A stretch of DNA of 47,849 nucleotides, from assembly GCA_027366615.1 (NCBI GenBank), contig DAHXNG010000030.1:1-47849 (forward strand), given 5' to 3'. Of this stretch, positions 35,590 through 45,554 are shown piece by piece (the first letter of the stretch is position 1; every line of letters starts with the position of its first letter). Position numbers and translations under genes: made by a program. The notes below the pieces were generated by a model that saw nothing but the letters and a program-made list of their open reading frames with translations, had not been told where the DNA came from and made no database searches. This DNA is from Nitrospirota bacterium (GTDB lineage: Bacteria > Nitrospirota > Leptospirillia > Leptospirillales > Leptospirillaceae).

Positions 35590-35613
35590 CAAGTCCTCCA
35601 CTGTCTCGGGTTT

Positions 35614-35642
35614 ATATTAACGGATTTCCTTGAATTTTCCAA
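35614..35642 (-). promoter_or_regulatory. Candidate internal dcw promoter upstream of murC (TTGGAA-17-TAATAT)
   Basis: The minus strand reads TTGGAA (35642..35637), a 17-nt spacer, then TAATAT (35619..35614). It lies inside an unusually AT-rich 95-nt murG-murC gap. Confidence 0.4.
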
Positions 35643-35696
35643 GGTTTCCCATTCCCAAAAACAATTCCATCAAAAATTTTATCGGACCTAAAGATT

Positions 35697-36758
35697 TTAC
35701 AAGCGTTGCAACCACTCCGCGGCCGGAACGCCGGGGGAGCGCTCCCAGGCTCTTCTCCCGCATTCAAAGAGGTGATTTCCGTCACTTATGATCGTCGCGA
35801 GCTCTTTCGCACAGGTCTCGGTGTCGGACAACCGGCTCTCCTCCCAGCACCACCCGCCACCCGCTTCCGAAACAGCCAGAGCGTTGGCCTTCTGGTGCCC
35901 CCCCGCCGAATGAGGGAACGGGCAATAGATCGCCGGGGTCCCGGAGGCTGTGATTTCAGCGACCGTCATGGCCCCTGCGCGGGCGAAAACAAGCGACTGC
36001 TCCCCAAAAAGAGAGGCGATTCCCGGCAAAAATCCCGTCACCCGCGCCGAGACTCCGAATTTTTTATAGCGCGCCTCGGTGTCGGAGAGCCATCGCTCCC
36101 CGCTCTGGTGGATTACCTCGATCCTGCCTTCCCCCAACGTCCTGAGCGCCAAGGCCACTATCCCCGGGACCCTCTCGTTTATGGTCCGCGCTCCCTGGCT
36201 TCCCCCCATGACGAGTAGCCGGAGGGGGGACCGCGCAAAGCGATCAGGATCAGGCGGTGCCTTTCGAACATCGGGAGCCAGGGGGATCCCGCCTCCGCTA
36301 TCCCAGCCATTGACGACTCGAGAGACAAAGGGAGCCAGGGCCCTGTTGGCCAAGCCCGCGATCCTGTTGGGTTCGACAAGGACGCAGGGAACCCCAAGAA
36401 TTCTTGCGGCGGCAATGACCGGAACCTGAACGTAGCCACCCGTGCCGATTACGAGACCGGGAGAAAGACGGCGAATCAGCTCCAGAGCGGCCCGTGTCCC
36501 CCGGAGAATGGCGACCCCGCCAGAAATCTTCCCTAATAGGGACTTTCCCACCAGACCGCCCGCGCTGACAGGAACAAAAGGGATTCCCGCCCGCGCTGAC
36601 AGCCTTTCCTCAAGACTCCCCGGCGTTCCGGCATAGGTAACGGGGTCCGTCGACAGAGTCCTGTGCGCCAGGGCCAGTTCAATCGCCGGAATCACATGTC
36701 CCCCCGTTCCTCCTCCGGTGACGAGAAGTCCCCGATTGAAATCATAGAGCCCGGACAT
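35697..36758 (-). CDS. murG: Undecaprenyldiphospho-muramoylpentapeptide beta-N-acetylglucosaminyltransferase
   Basis: TGGGTGGHV.PA N-terminus and a GT28 C-terminal domain. Confidence 0.93.
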   Translation of the reverse strand: MSGLYDFNRGLLVTGGGTGGHVIPAIELALAHRTLSTDPVTYAGTPGSLEERLSARAGIPFVPVSAGGLVGKSLLGKISGGVAILRGTRAALELIRRLSPGLVIGTGGYVQVPVIAAARILGVPCVLVEPNRIAGLANRALAPFVSRVVNGWDSGGGIPLAPDVRKAPPDPDRFARSPLRLLVMGGSQGARTINERVPGIVALALRTLGEGRIEVIHQSGERWLSDTEARYKKFGVSARVTGFLPGIASLFGEQSLVFARAGAMTVAEITASGTPAIYCPFPHSAGGHQKANALAVSEAGGGWCWEESRLSDTETCAKELATIISDGNHLFECGRRAWERSPGVPAAEWLQRL

Positions 36759-37965
36759 GGCTCTTCACTTCTGCGTCTGCACGCTCTGCCAAAGACTCCT
36801 TTTTCACGACCCGGTAGCGGGAGACTGACAGAATGATCCCCACCCCCCAGGCATTCGACATGAGGGAGGAGCCCCCGAAGCTCATGAACGGAAGAGGAAT
36901 CCCCTTGGTCGGGAAGATCCCGGTGACAACCCCCAGGTTCATGAGGGCCTCGAGAACGATCGACATGGTGAGCCCCTGAACCAGAATCCGCCCGAGAAAG
37001 TCGGGCGCCCGGGCGGCCGTCTTCATCCCTGCGACGAAGATGATGATGAAGACGCCGACCACCGCCACCGACCAGAAAAAACCCAGCTCCTCGCCGACTA
37101 GCGCAAAGATAAAGTCCGTTCCTGGCTCAGGAAGCACCCCTCCCCCCACCCAGTCGTGCCCCAGACCCTGACCCCAGATTCCTCCCGACCCGATGGCGAC
37201 CAGACTCTGCCCCAACTGCGTTCCCAGGGTCTGGGTCGCATTGTGCGTCCGGGCGAAGTTGTGGAAACGGGCAATCGCATAGGCATGATGCAGGAGAAAA
37301 ACGGCGGCGCAGATTCCCAACACTCCCAGGAGCACGCCGATCTGGCGAAGGCTCACCCCCGACAGAAAGAGCATGGCGAGCATGACGATCACGATGAAAA
37401 GGTCGGAGCCGAAGTCGGGCTCGTGAAGGATAAGGGCCAGATAGGGGATCATCAGCAGGGCAAATCCCGCCGCCTTGTCCGGACGGATCTTGAATACGCC
37501 GCCCTTTCCTTCCTTCTGTCCGGCCTTTTCCCGCGCCAGAAGAGCTGCCATGAGAATGACCAGGATCACCCTCGCCACCTCGGAGGGCTGGAGCGTGAAG
37601 AAACCCATGTGCACCCATCGTCGCGCGCCGTTTAGTGTCACGCCCACGTGGGGAACGAGAAGGAGGAGCAGGGAGAAAAAGCCGGCTCCCCAGAGAAGCC
37701 CGCGTTTTTTTACCCAGAGATGGTAGTCGAGCCGGGCAACGGCCAGCATGACGAAGAGGGCGATTCCGGTCGATATGATCTGGCGCCAGAAGAGCTGGTA
37801 GGGGGAGTGCATGGCCAGCCGGGCCGACATGACGAGGGTCGCACCCAGCATCATGAGAAGAAAAACGACGACGGCGAGCGTCCCGTTCATGGGCCGAAGG
37901 GAGAGGAGCCCCTCTTCCGCCCCGCTCCCCGGAACCTTCTCCTCAAGCATTGCCCTCTGCTCCAT
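36742..37965 (-). CDS. ftsW: SEDS-family peptidoglycan polymerase FtsW
   Basis: About 10 TM helices, RW...G.F..QPSE and a C-terminal GG(S)S motif. Located between murD and murG. ATG 37965 is preceded by GGAGGGAAG. Confidence 0.91.
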   Translation of the reverse strand: MEQRAMLEEKVPGSGAEEGLLSLRPMNGTLAVVVFLLMMLGATLVMSARLAMHSPYQLFWRQIISTGIALFVMLAVARLDYHLWVKKRGLLWGAGFFSLLLLLVPHVGVTLNGARRWVHMGFFTLQPSEVARVILVILMAALLAREKAGQKEGKGGVFKIRPDKAAGFALLMIPYLALILHEPDFGSDLFIVIVMLAMLFLSGVSLRQIGVLLGVLGICAAVFLLHHAYAIARFHNFARTHNATQTLGTQLGQSLVAIGSGGIWGQGLGHDWVGGGVLPEPGTDFIFALVGEELGFFWSVAVVGVFIIIFVAGMKTAARAPDFLGRILVQGLTMSIVLEALMNLGVVTGIFPTKGIPLPFMSFGGSSLMSNAWGVGIILSVSRYRVVKKESLAERADAEVKSHVRAL

Positions 37966-39412
37966 CTTCCCTCCTCTTTCCGCCGAATTTTTCCGCAAGC
38001 CGTCTTACGGCCTCCCGGAATCTCTCGCCCCGCTCTTCGTATCCGTGGAACATGTCGTAACTCGAACAGGCCGGCGAAAGCAGGACCATCTCTCCGGGGT
38101 CGGCCACAGAAAAGGCCCGTGCCACCGCCTCAAGGAAATCCTGGGCCTCTTCGAGTGGGACCTCTCCGCCAATTTCCCGGCGAATTTTCTCCCGCGCCTC
38201 CCCGAGGACAACCACCTCCCGGACATGTTTTTTTAGCCCCGGAATCAGGGGTCGGTAAGATCCCCCCTTGTCCCGGCCGCCCATGATCAGGACGACGTTC
38301 GGGTGATCGCTCTCAGGGAGCCCTGACAGGGCCGCTTCGACCGCTCCCACATTGGTCGCCTTGGAGTCGTTGACGAAGGAGACGCCCCGGACCGTGTCCA
38401 CCCATTCCATCCGGTGGGGAAGACCGGAAAAACTTGCAATCGCTTTTTCAAAGGCCTCAGGGGATACAGGCCGCCCCAATTGCCGGGAGAAAATGTGCGA
38501 AGCCAAAACGGAAAAGGCCAGATTCTGGAGGTTTCCTCCCCCTATCAGCCGATAGCCCGCGGTGGGAAGCCGAATATCGTTTTCGAGGCCCTGCGTTCGG
38601 AGAGCCCCCTCTTCTGGAACTATGCCCGGCCCGGGGAGCCCCGATTCGCCTCCAACAAAAACCGAACGGGCCTTTATGTTCGGAAGAAACTCTTCCCAGT
38701 CCTTCTGTGCCCCGTTCCAGAGAACGGTGGTGGTCTCTGGAAATCCCCTCACCACATGGAGCTTGGCCTGGCGATACTGTTCCAGGGAGTCGTACCGGTC
38801 GAGATGGTCAGGGGTGATATTGAGGAGAAGATAGAGATTGGGAGAGAAGGACTGCATCGACTCGGTCTGGAAGCTTGAGACCTCGATGACACCTACATCG
38901 TAGGGATCTTTTTTTCCGGCCTTCCGAGCCTCCCGAAGGATTCTTGCCCCTTCGGAGAAAGGGGTTCCGAAGTTTCCGCCCAAAAATGGCGAATATCCGA
39001 ATGACGTCAGCAGATGGGCGATCAGGGCCGTGGTCGTGGACTTCCCGTTCGTCCCTGCGATGGCGATCACCGGAAGGTCCCAGAGAGAGGCGGCCCACTC
39101 GAGCTCCCCCCGTACATGGGGAAAGGGGGGCGCCACAGCCTTTCCCGACCAGAGGACAGGAGGAATCCCTGGACTCATCACCACCGGCCCTGCCCACTCC
39201 CCGATCCATGGTCCGATCCTCTTTCCCTCGAGAACCCGGCCACCCTCCTCCTTGACAGAAGCCCACAGGGCTCCATCGAAGGCGTGGGGATCATCATCGA
39301 CAAGGATCGGCCTCCCCCCGAGTTCCAGCACCAGTCGTGCCGCCTGAAGTCCGGAGCGCCCTGCCCCTGCCACCAGCACCTTATCCCCCCTCCCGACAAA
39401 TCGATCGGACAT
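37943..39412 (-). CDS. murD: UDP-N-acetylmuramoylalanine--D-glutamate ligase
   Basis: GAGRSG N-terminus, GTNGKSTT, and position in the cluster. Confidence 0.93.
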   Translation of the reverse strand: MSDRFVGRGDKVLVAGAGRSGLQAARLVLELGGRPILVDDDPHAFDGALWASVKEEGGRVLEGKRIGPWIGEWAGPVVMSPGIPPVLWSGKAVAPPFPHVRGELEWAASLWDLPVIAIAGTNGKSTTTALIAHLLTSFGYSPFLGGNFGTPFSEGARILREARKAGKKDPYDVGVIEVSSFQTESMQSFSPNLYLLLNITPDHLDRYDSLEQYRQAKLHVVRGFPETTTVLWNGAQKDWEEFLPNIKARSVFVGGESGLPGPGIVPEEGALRTQGLENDIRLPTAGYRLIGGGNLQNLAFSVLASHIFSRQLGRPVSPEAFEKAIASFSGLPHRMEWVDTVRGVSFVNDSKATNVGAVEAALSGLPESDHPNVVLIMGGRDKGGSYRPLIPGLKKHVREVVVLGEAREKIRREIGGEVPLEEAQDFLEAVARAFSVADPGEMVLLSPACSSYDMFHGYEERGERFREAVRRLAEKFGGKRREDGAEGNA

Positions 39413-39424
39413 CCCGGCCCCTTC

Positions 39425-40498
39425 CTATCTGAGCTTGAATGTGGAGAGTGCGACCAGTGCCAGGACCACCGAGACGATCCAGAACCGGACGATCACTTTG
39501 GGCTCGGAGAGACCGCCAAGCTCGAAGTGGTGATGAATCGGGGCCATACGGAAGATTCTCTTCTTTCTCAGCTTGTAGGAGCCGACCTGGAGGATAACCG
39601 AGACGGCCTCCGCCACGAAGACCCCCCCGACAAGAAGAAGCAGGAGCTCCTGGCGGGTCACGATCGCGGTCATCCCGATGACGCCGCCGATTGCCAGCGA
39701 GCCCGTATCCCCCATGAAAACCTGCGCCGGATAGGTGTTGAACCACAAAAATCCCAGGGCCGCACCCACCAGGGCCCCCATCACGACGGCAAGCTCTCCC
39801 GCCCCCGGAACCTCCAGAACCCGAAGGTAGGAGGCGAAAACGTGGTGTCCGACAAGGTAGCTGATGACGACGAAGGCCAGCCCCGCCACAATCGTTGGCC
39901 CCACAGCCAGACCGTCGAGGCCATCGGTAAGATTGACGGCGTTCGCCGTTCCCACAAGAACCGTGACGAGGAAGGGAAGGAGAAGGAGACCCAGGTCCGG
40001 GTTCAGGCTTTTCATAAAGGGGATGACGATCCGTCCGTCCCCGGAAAGCGTCGATGCGTACCAGAGGGAGAGACCGGCCCCGACACCGAGCTGCAGAAGA
40101 AATTTCTGGCGAGCCGAAAGCCCTTTCGAGCGTTTCTTGATCACCTTGAGATAGTCGTCTGTAAAACCGATCGCTCCGTTTGCCAGAAGGGAGAGGAGAA
40201 CCATCCAGACATATCGGTTGGAGAGGTCGGCCCAGAGAAGAACCGAGAGAATGAGCGAACCGACGATGAGGATCCCGCCCATCGTCGGGGTCCCCTTCTT
40301 CGACAGGTGGCTCTTGGGACCGTCGTCCCGAATCTCCTGGCCAATCTGGAGCTTTCGAAGAAGACCGATCAGCGTCGGACCGAGGAGAAGTGCAATGGCG
40401 AGAGCGGTCAGCGTTGCATAGATTGAGCGAAAGGTGATGTAGCGAAAGACATTGAGGACAGGAAAGGTGTTGTGGAGATAGAAGAGCTGGTAGAGCAT
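39425..40498 (-). CDS. mraY: Phospho-N-acetylmuramoyl-pentapeptide transferase
   Basis: KKGTPTMGG, NAVNLTDGLDGLA and the HHHFE motif. Confidence 0.96.
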   Translation of the reverse strand: MLYQLFYLHNTFPVLNVFRYITFRSIYATLTALAIALLLGPTLIGLLRKLQIGQEIRDDGPKSHLSKKGTPTMGGILIVGSLILSVLLWADLSNRYVWMVLLSLLANGAIGFTDDYLKVIKKRSKGLSARQKFLLQLGVGAGLSLWYASTLSGDGRIVIPFMKSLNPDLGLLLLPFLVTVLVGTANAVNLTDGLDGLAVGPTIVAGLAFVVISYLVGHHVFASYLRVLEVPGAGELAVVMGALVGAALGFLWFNTYPAQVFMGDTGSLAIGGVIGMTAIVTRQELLLLLVGGVFVAEAVSVILQVGSYKLRKKRIFRMAPIHHHFELGGLSEPKVIVRFWIVSVVLALVALSTFKLR

Positions 40499-40501
40499 CG
40501 A

Positions 40502-41905
40502 CTAATCTCCTTCCAGAAGAGGGGCGACAACCTCTTCGAGTTTCATTCCCCGGGATCCCTTGACCAAAACAACATCTTCTCCCCCCGGACCCCGGCCCTC
40601 CCGGATATCCCGGTCAAATTCCGAAGCTGGGCGTACCGTCTCCTCTTTGCCGCCCCCCCGAAGATATCCCCGGAGGACGTCCGGAAGATGCTCTCCCCGA
40701 TACCAGAGAGTCTTGAGATTCAAGGAGGCGGCTTTTCGTCCCGCCTCCTCGTGAAAGGATCCACTCTCTTCCCCGAGTTCGAGCATGTCCCCCAGTACGG
40801 CAAAGCCCCTCCCTACCGGCCTGAGTGCTGCCTCCCTTCCAAGCCAGTCGAGAGCTTCGGCCATGGAGGCGGGGTTGGCGTTGTAATGGTCGAGAAGGAG
40901 AAGAAGACCTGAGGAATGAGTGCGCTTCTCCATCCGACCCGGAAAGCCCCGATAGGAGGAAAGGCGTTCAGCGGCGGCGGCCAGGTCGACACCCTCCTCT
41001 TCGAGAGCGGCCAGGGCAACCAGCATGCACCATCCGAGTGCCGCCGAAGGCCAGGGAAGAGGGACGGCGAGAGCCGGCTTTTCGACCTTGAGGACAAGAC
41101 CTTCCGGGGTTTCCACGAGCCGCCCCCGGAAGTCGCCCTCATCTCTCCCGTCGAGAGCGACCAGCCGAAGGCGGCGGGATTTGTCGGACAAGAGCGCAGC
41201 CATCGACTCTCCCCGGGCAACCGAGGCCGGAAGGATGCGCAAGCCCCCCTCTACCACCTCCTTTAAAAGCTTCGACTTTTCCCGCCAGACCTCCTGCACA
41301 CTTCCGAGGTTTTCGAGATGTCCCGGAGCGATCGCCGTGACAATGCCGGTATCGGAGGCGAGAAGGGGGGCGAGGTAGTCCATGTCCCCGGACTTTCTGA
41401 CTCCGGCCTCGAGAATGCACCAGCGGCGGTCTTCCGGCCATGAGAGGATCGTCAGGGGGACCCCGATTTCGTTATTTTCGTTTCCGGCACTCCCGTGGCT
41501 TTCTCCCGGGGGGAGTCCCGCCCGCAGAAGCTCCCGGGTTGTCGTCTTTCCGACAGACCCCGTCAGCGCGATAAGGCGGTGTCCAGCCCTTCGATGGGCA
41601 GAAAGAGCGAGGGCGCCCATCTCCCTTAAGGCTATGGTTGTGTCGGAGACAACGATCTGGGGAATTTTGACTGAAGGGGTGGCCCGCTCGACAATGGCCA
41701 GGAGCGCACCCCGGACTAAGGCTTCCTGGAGATGATCGTGGCCATCTGTTCTAGCTCCCCTTAGAGCCACAAAGATCTCTCCAGGAAGTATTTTTCGGGA
41801 GTCCGTTCCGGCATTTATCCAGGTGAGGGGCTCTCGAGGAGGCTCGCCTGCCCAGCGTCCCCTCAATGCCCCCAGAAGTTCGTCGCCGGTGCTGTACACC
41901 CTCAC
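40502..41905 (-). CDS. murF: UDP-N-acetylmuramoyl-tripeptide--D-alanyl-D-alanine ligase
   Basis: TDSR...PG..F.AL.G...DGH and GSVGKTTT. GTG start overlaps the murE stop (GTGA). Confidence 0.92.
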   Translation of the reverse strand: MRVYSTGDELLGALRGRWAGEPPREPLTWINAGTDSRKILPGEIFVALRGARTDGHDHLQEALVRGALLAIVERATPSVKIPQIVVSDTTIALREMGALALSAHRRAGHRLIALTGSVGKTTTRELLRAGLPPGESHGSAGNENNEIGVPLTILSWPEDRRWCILEAGVRKSGDMDYLAPLLASDTGIVTAIAPGHLENLGSVQEVWREKSKLLKEVVEGGLRILPASVARGESMAALLSDKSRRLRLVALDGRDEGDFRGRLVETPEGLVLKVEKPALAVPLPWPSAALGWCMLVALAALEEEGVDLAAAAERLSSYRGFPGRMEKRTHSSGLLLLLDHYNANPASMAEALDWLGREAALRPVGRGFAVLGDMLELGEESGSFHEEAGRKAASLNLKTLWYRGEHLPDVLRGYLRGGGKEETVRPASEFDRDIREGRGPGGEDVVLVKGSRGMKLEEVVAPLLEGD

Positions 41906-43464
41906 TTTCTTTTCTCCATCCCAGAAAGAATCTCCCGGGCGGTCTCCCGATCGTCGAAATGGCTCTTTTCACGCCCGATGATCTGGTAGGGCTCGTGGCC
42001 CTTTCCCGCAATCAGGACCGCATCGCCGGGCGCCGCAAGTGAGAGGGCGCGGGCAATGGCGGTCCGCCGGTCCTCCTCCCGGTAAAAGGGCCGGCCACTC
42101 TCCCGGATCCCCGGCTCGATCTCGTCGATGATAGCCCCGGGGTCTTCCGTTCGCGGATTGTCGGAGGTCACGACGACGACATCCGAGAGCTCTCCTGCCA
42201 CCCGTCCCATCCGCGGACGCTTTCCCCGGTCCCTGTCCCCTCCGCACCCGAAGACCGTGATCACCCGGCCGGGAGTCAGGGGCCGGAGTGCCGTGAGCAC
42301 ATTCTTGAGGGCATCGTCGGTATGGGCGTAGTCCACAATCACCGCAAACGCACCCCCGGGATTGACCCGCTCGAAGCGACCGGGAACACCGGGGAGCTCC
42401 CGGATACCCTTTTCGATGGCGGAAGGGGAGAGGCCTATTGCCAGGGCGCATCCCACGGCACCCATGATGTTCTGGAGGTTGAAGTCTCCCGGAAGGTGCG
42501 CCTCGACCCGGATTTCTCCCCCCGGAATTACGAGAGAGCCTTCGATCCCGTCGAGAGAGATCCGAATTCCGTCGGGGCGGATGGATCGCTCCCCCGCATG
42601 GCCGTAGGTGAGAAGCCTCCGCCCTCCTTTTCGGGCAATTTCCCCGGCCAGCCTCTCTCCGTAAGGATCGTCGACGTTGATGACGGCCGGCGGCATCGTC
42701 CCGTCCGGATTGACCCAGTTTATGAGGCGGGACTTGGCCTCGAAGTACTCTTCGAAGCTCTTGTGGTAGTCGAGATGGTCCCGGGTCAGGTTGGTGAAGT
42801 GGACGGCGGAGAAGGTGGTCCCGGCCACGCGGTCCTGGGCCAGGGCATGGGAGGAGACCTCCATGGAAATCCCCGCCAGCCCGTTATCGAGCCCCTGCCG
42901 GAAGGCCCTCTGGAGGGTGAGGGCTCCCGGAGTCGTCTGCGGCGCCTCCGCAAGCCCCCCGCCCAGGTCGAACCAGACCGTTCCGATAAGTCCCGTCCTC
43001 TGGCCTGATGCCTCCAGGATGCTCCGTACGAGAAAACTCGAGGTCGTCTTTCCGTTTGTCCCCGTGACTCCGACGACCGAAAGCGACCCGCTCGGATCCC
43101 CCCACCAGGCGGAGGCGATCACTCCCGCCGCTTCCTGGATATTTTCCACCACGCAGACGGGGATCTGTGACGCTTGCGCCCCGCGCCTTTCCATGACATC
43201 GGGGAGATGCCTTCGGGCGACCACAAGAAGCGCGGCCCCTTTCTGAATTGCCTCGTCGAGATACCTTTTTTCGAACTCCCCTTCGGTCCTGAGAAGGAAG
43301 AGATTCCCTGTCCTGACCGTCCGGCTGTCGTCGGACAAGCCTGTGAGACGCTCCGGGAGGATTCCGGCAAGCGGTGGCGGAAGGTGGCGGACAAGCCATT
43401 CCTCTCCCCGCTCCCTCTCGCTTACTTCCGCTGCCATCCCTCCCCCCTTCCCCGTTTTCGTCAT
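41902..43464 (-). CDS. murE: UDP-N-acetylmuramoyl-L-alanyl-D-glutamate--2,6-diaminopimelate ligase
   Basis: DSR.V..G.LF, GVTGTNGKTT and a DNPR motif region (SDNPRTEDP), consistent with the meso-DAP-adding type. The exact start is uncertain (43464 or 43437). Confidence 0.92.
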   Translation of the reverse strand: MTKTGKGGGMAAEVSERERGEEWLVRHLPPPLAGILPERLTGLSDDSRTVRTGNLFLLRTEGEFEKRYLDEAIQKGAALLVVARRHLPDVMERRGAQASQIPVCVVENIQEAAGVIASAWWGDPSGSLSVVGVTGTNGKTTSSFLVRSILEASGQRTGLIGTVWFDLGGGLAEAPQTTPGALTLQRAFRQGLDNGLAGISMEVSSHALAQDRVAGTTFSAVHFTNLTRDHLDYHKSFEEYFEAKSRLINWVNPDGTMPPAVINVDDPYGERLAGEIARKGGRRLLTYGHAGERSIRPDGIRISLDGIEGSLVIPGGEIRVEAHLPGDFNLQNIMGAVGCALAIGLSPSAIEKGIRELPGVPGRFERVNPGGAFAVIVDYAHTDDALKNVLTALRPLTPGRVITVFGCGGDRDRGKRPRMGRVAGELSDVVVVTSDNPRTEDPGAIIDEIEPGIRESGRPFYREEDRRTAIARALSLAAPGDAVLIAGKGHEPYQIIGREKSHFDDRETAREILSGMEKRK

Positions 43465-43512
43465 GCCCGGACTGTCCTCACTATCTCCTCACTGGTCACC
43501 GACTGTCCCCGC

Positions 43513-45213
43513 CTATTGCCTCTTTCCGACATCGGCCCTGACCATTGCCGTCGACTCTCTCGTTCCCCCGGCCGGGATCCTGAAGTGAACCAGAGCCATC
43601 TCCGCCACCTTCCGGAAGAGGGGCGCCGCAACCGTTCCCCCCCAGGAGATTCCCTTGGGCTGAATCACCACGACAAGGACGACAAGGGAGGGATGGGAGA
43701 CCGGAAGTACCCCGACAAAGGAGTCAACTGTCCGCGTCCTTGAATAGGCGTGGCGTTGGGGATCGTAGACCTCGGCGGTCCCGGTCTTTCCCGCAATGTC
43801 GAAGCCGGTGATCGCCGCACTGGCACCAGTCCCCGTAGGAGAGACCACGCCGGTCAGAAGAGAGAGGAGCGTCCGGGAGGTCTCTGGGGCGATCACCCGG
43901 CGCACCTTCACCGGGGCATGGCGTTCAATGACCTTCCCCGACGGATCGATCACCTTCGAGACAATATAGGGGCGCATCAGGACCCCGCCATTGGCGATGG
44001 CGCTGACGGCTGTTGCGAGCTGGATCGGCGTCACGCCGATCTCCTGCCCCATGGCGATCGTATAGATCGAGCGTCGGGACCAGCTCCTAGACGGCCGGAA
44101 AAATCCCCGACTCTCCCCCGGAAAGTCGATTCCGGTTTTCTGCCCAAAGCCGAATGCCCGGATATAGCGTTCGAAGGTTTCCGGTCCGAGCCGAAGGGCC
44201 ACCTGGGCGATCCCGATATTGCTCGAGTGGGCCAGGATGCCCCCGAGAGTCAACGACCCCATTGGTTCGGCATCGTGCAGGGTCCCCCCCGGAATGTGCA
44301 TCGATCCGTTATAGCAGAAGAAGGTCTCTTCCCCATTGACGCGATGCTCGTTCAAGGCGGCACTCGCCGTTACGAGCTTGAAGATCGATCCCGGCTCGTA
44401 GACGATGGAGACCCCTGGGCTCGCCCCCGCCCATCGTCCCTCCCCCCGGCTGGCGAGAGCCAGGATCGCTCCTGTGCGCGGGTCCATCACAAGAACGATC
44501 CCCCCTTGGGCCTTCGTCCTCTCGACCTCTTCGTCGAGGGCATCCTGTGCATAGGACTGGAGATTCGCAATCAGGGTGGTCTGAAGCGTGTCCCCGGAAA
44601 GTCTGTCGAGGCTCTTCGACTCCATCTGGAAATAGGATCGACCTCGTGCCGAGACCTCCCGGACGAGCTCCCCCCGGTGTCCCCTTAAAAGGGTGTTGTA
44701 ACCCTTTTCAAGGCCCGATGTCGGGGTCCCGTCGGATCGTATCCCCCCCACAACCTGACGGAAGATAGACCCATAGGGGTAGATACGGCGCTTTTCAGGA
44801 AGAAAGTAGAGACCTCTCACTCGCGAACCGATCTGACGGCGCTTCCCGGGGCTGATGTCATGGGCCAGCCAGACGAATCGGCCATGGCGCCTGAGGCGCC
44901 GTTCGATCGTCGTGTAAGGCATGCCGAGAATGGGAGCAAGCCGGGAGGCCAGAAGACGGCTTCCTCCGGTCTTCCGGATCTGCTCCGGATCGGCCGCGAG
45001 GCTCGTGACGATGCGGTTGTCCGCAAGAGGTTTTCCGTCGGCGGAAAGGATCATCCCCCGAGCCCCCTCCAGAGGAGAGAGTCTCTGTCTTTCTGTCAGG
45101 GAAAGTCTCTGGTACAGCGGGTAGTCGAGAACCTGCAGGGTAAAGAGGCGAGCAACCACGATCGCAAATCCGATCAGGACGCATGCCACTGCAATGGTTG
45201 TCCGAGTTTTCAT
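43513..45213 (-). CDS. ftsI: Penicillin-binding protein 3 / FtsI transpeptidase
   Basis: N-terminal TM helix, dimerisation domain, and transpeptidase motifs SIFK (SxxK), SSN and KTGT. Confidence 0.92.
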   Translation of the reverse strand: MKTRTTIAVACVLIGFAIVVARLFTLQVLDYPLYQRLSLTERQRLSPLEGARGMILSADGKPLADNRIVTSLAADPEQIRKTGGSRLLASRLAPILGMPYTTIERRLRRHGRFVWLAHDISPGKRRQIGSRVRGLYFLPEKRRIYPYGSIFRQVVGGIRSDGTPTSGLEKGYNTLLRGHRGELVREVSARGRSYFQMESKSLDRLSGDTLQTTLIANLQSYAQDALDEEVERTKAQGGIVLVMDPRTGAILALASRGEGRWAGASPGVSIVYEPGSIFKLVTASAALNEHRVNGEETFFCYNGSMHIPGGTLHDAEPMGSLTLGGILAHSSNIGIAQVALRLGPETFERYIRAFGFGQKTGIDFPGESRGFFRPSRSWSRRSIYTIAMGQEIGVTPIQLATAVSAIANGGVLMRPYIVSKVIDPSGKVIERHAPVKVRRVIAPETSRTLLSLLTGVVSPTGTGASAAITGFDIAGKTGTAEVYDPQRHAYSRTRTVDSFVGVLPVSHPSLVVLVVVIQPKGISWGGTVAAPLFRKVAEMALVHFRIPAGGTRESTAMVRADVGKRQ

Positions 45214-45263
45214 CTGCCACGCCTTCGAGGGTGACTTGCGGTGATCCCCTCGCCCTGATTGTT

Positions 45264-45554
45264 TTACGGAACGTAGAGAACCTCTCCCGGGAGGGCTCTC
45301 TCAAGGTGATTCGCCCGGGCATAGGCCCTGAGACGCGACTCCCGCCCGAGGGCGATAAGATCCTCCTCGAGGGACTTTTCCCGGGACTCTCCGGACTGAA
45401 TCTGGAGATCAAGCGCCGTGACGCGGCGCTTGATCCGGACCGACCCGATCGAAACGGACATCGCCAGAAGAAGGGCCAGGATGCCGCAAAAGAAAAAAAG
45501 AAAGGCCAGAGGGCGTCTCCGCCAGAGGGGAAGAGCCTCCTCATCGTGGGACAA
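45264..45554 (-). CDS. ftsL: Cell division protein FtsL
   Basis: 96 aa, single TM helix followed by a short coiled coil. Located between rsmH and ftsI. Confidence 0.72.
   Translation of the reverse strand: MSHDEEALPLWRRRPLAFLFFFCGILALLLAMSVSIGSVRIKRRVTALDLQIQSGESREKSLEEDLIALGRESRLRAYARANHLERALPGEVLYVP

Noticed and set aside
39014-40426. 470-aa plus-strand ORF antisense to murD/mraY. Similar long antisense ORFs occur at 34051..35691 (546 aa), 30853..32052 (399 aa), 2108..3274 (388 aa), 7307..8458 (383 aa), 15886..16932 (348 aa), 9583..10617 (344 aa), 28162..29139 (325 aa) and 27201..28154 (317 aa).
   Set aside because: Each lies exactly opposite a confidently identified conserved gene. Their translations are Arg/Pro/Gly-rich low-complexity sequence with no recognisable motifs and no SD-preceded starts. 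Long stop-free antisense frames are expected in GC-rich DNA.
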